From: Octopus vulgaris
Lineage: Eukaryota
Direction of reading: 5' to 3'
Assembly (NCBI GenBank): GCA_951406725.2
Contig: OX597815.1
Span: forward strand, 189,410,001 to 189,474,000
Length of the DNA: 64,000 bases
Shown: piece after piece, positions 63,731 through 64,000 of the stretch
Numbering within the stretch: position 1 is the first letter of the stretch
Layout of the letters: each line of letters begins with the position of its first letter
Notes under the pieces: model-generated
The model's database searches: none
Seen by the model: only the letters and a program-made list of their open reading frames with translations
Told to the model about the DNA's origin: nothing
Made by a program: the position numbers and the translations under genes

Positions 63731-64000
63731 TATGTATGTCTGTATACACACACACATACATACATATCTATATATATATATTTTCATACATGTATATATT
63801 TCTCTGTGTCCAGCTCTCTCTCTCTCTCTCTGATAGTTCACGTTAGGTCTTTTTTCCCTTTTTAATTACGTATGCTTCTCTAATCTGGAATTTTATGGCA
63901 TTCGTGTACTCAGTGAGACCTATGTCGATGCATTTCATCTACATCTTACCCAATGCTGGAACACTACATTAGGTAATGTAGTATTGTAAAAATGTGCTGA

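Overview
This is eukaryotic, AT-rich DNA saturated with microsatellites. The SINE and RTE repertoire and the (TA)n/(CA)n density suggest an octopus or other coleoid cephalopod; that is an inference from repeat content. No intact protein-coding gene is evident. Most ORFs in the track are microsatellite or transposon artefacts. The window is a mosaic of at least three tRNA-derived SINE families, RTE-clade LINE copies (largest 38516-40839), CR1-like, Gypsy-like, Penelope-like (PLE), Tc1/mariner, hAT-like and piggyBac-like relics, and MITEs. A few isolated minus-strand exon candidates may belong to an Ig-like membrane or secreted protein gene (low confidence). The most notable signal is a set of about 15 short (100-500 bp) non-coding elements, most in or beside (TA)n tracts. 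Each carries a type I hammerhead-ribozyme-like fold: stem I, 7-nt core, stem II, GAAA, short and often palindromic stem III, NUH. The cores range from canonical CUGAUGA to CCGACGA, CUGUUGA/CUGUAGA, UUGAUAA, UUGAAAA, CUGAAAA, UCGAAGA and CAGAUGA. Several occur as head-to-head fold-backs of 130-166 bp arms. They look like a diverse, microsatellite-associated population of non-autonomous PLE/retrozyme-like elements. All alignments and folds were read by eye, so boundaries are approximate.
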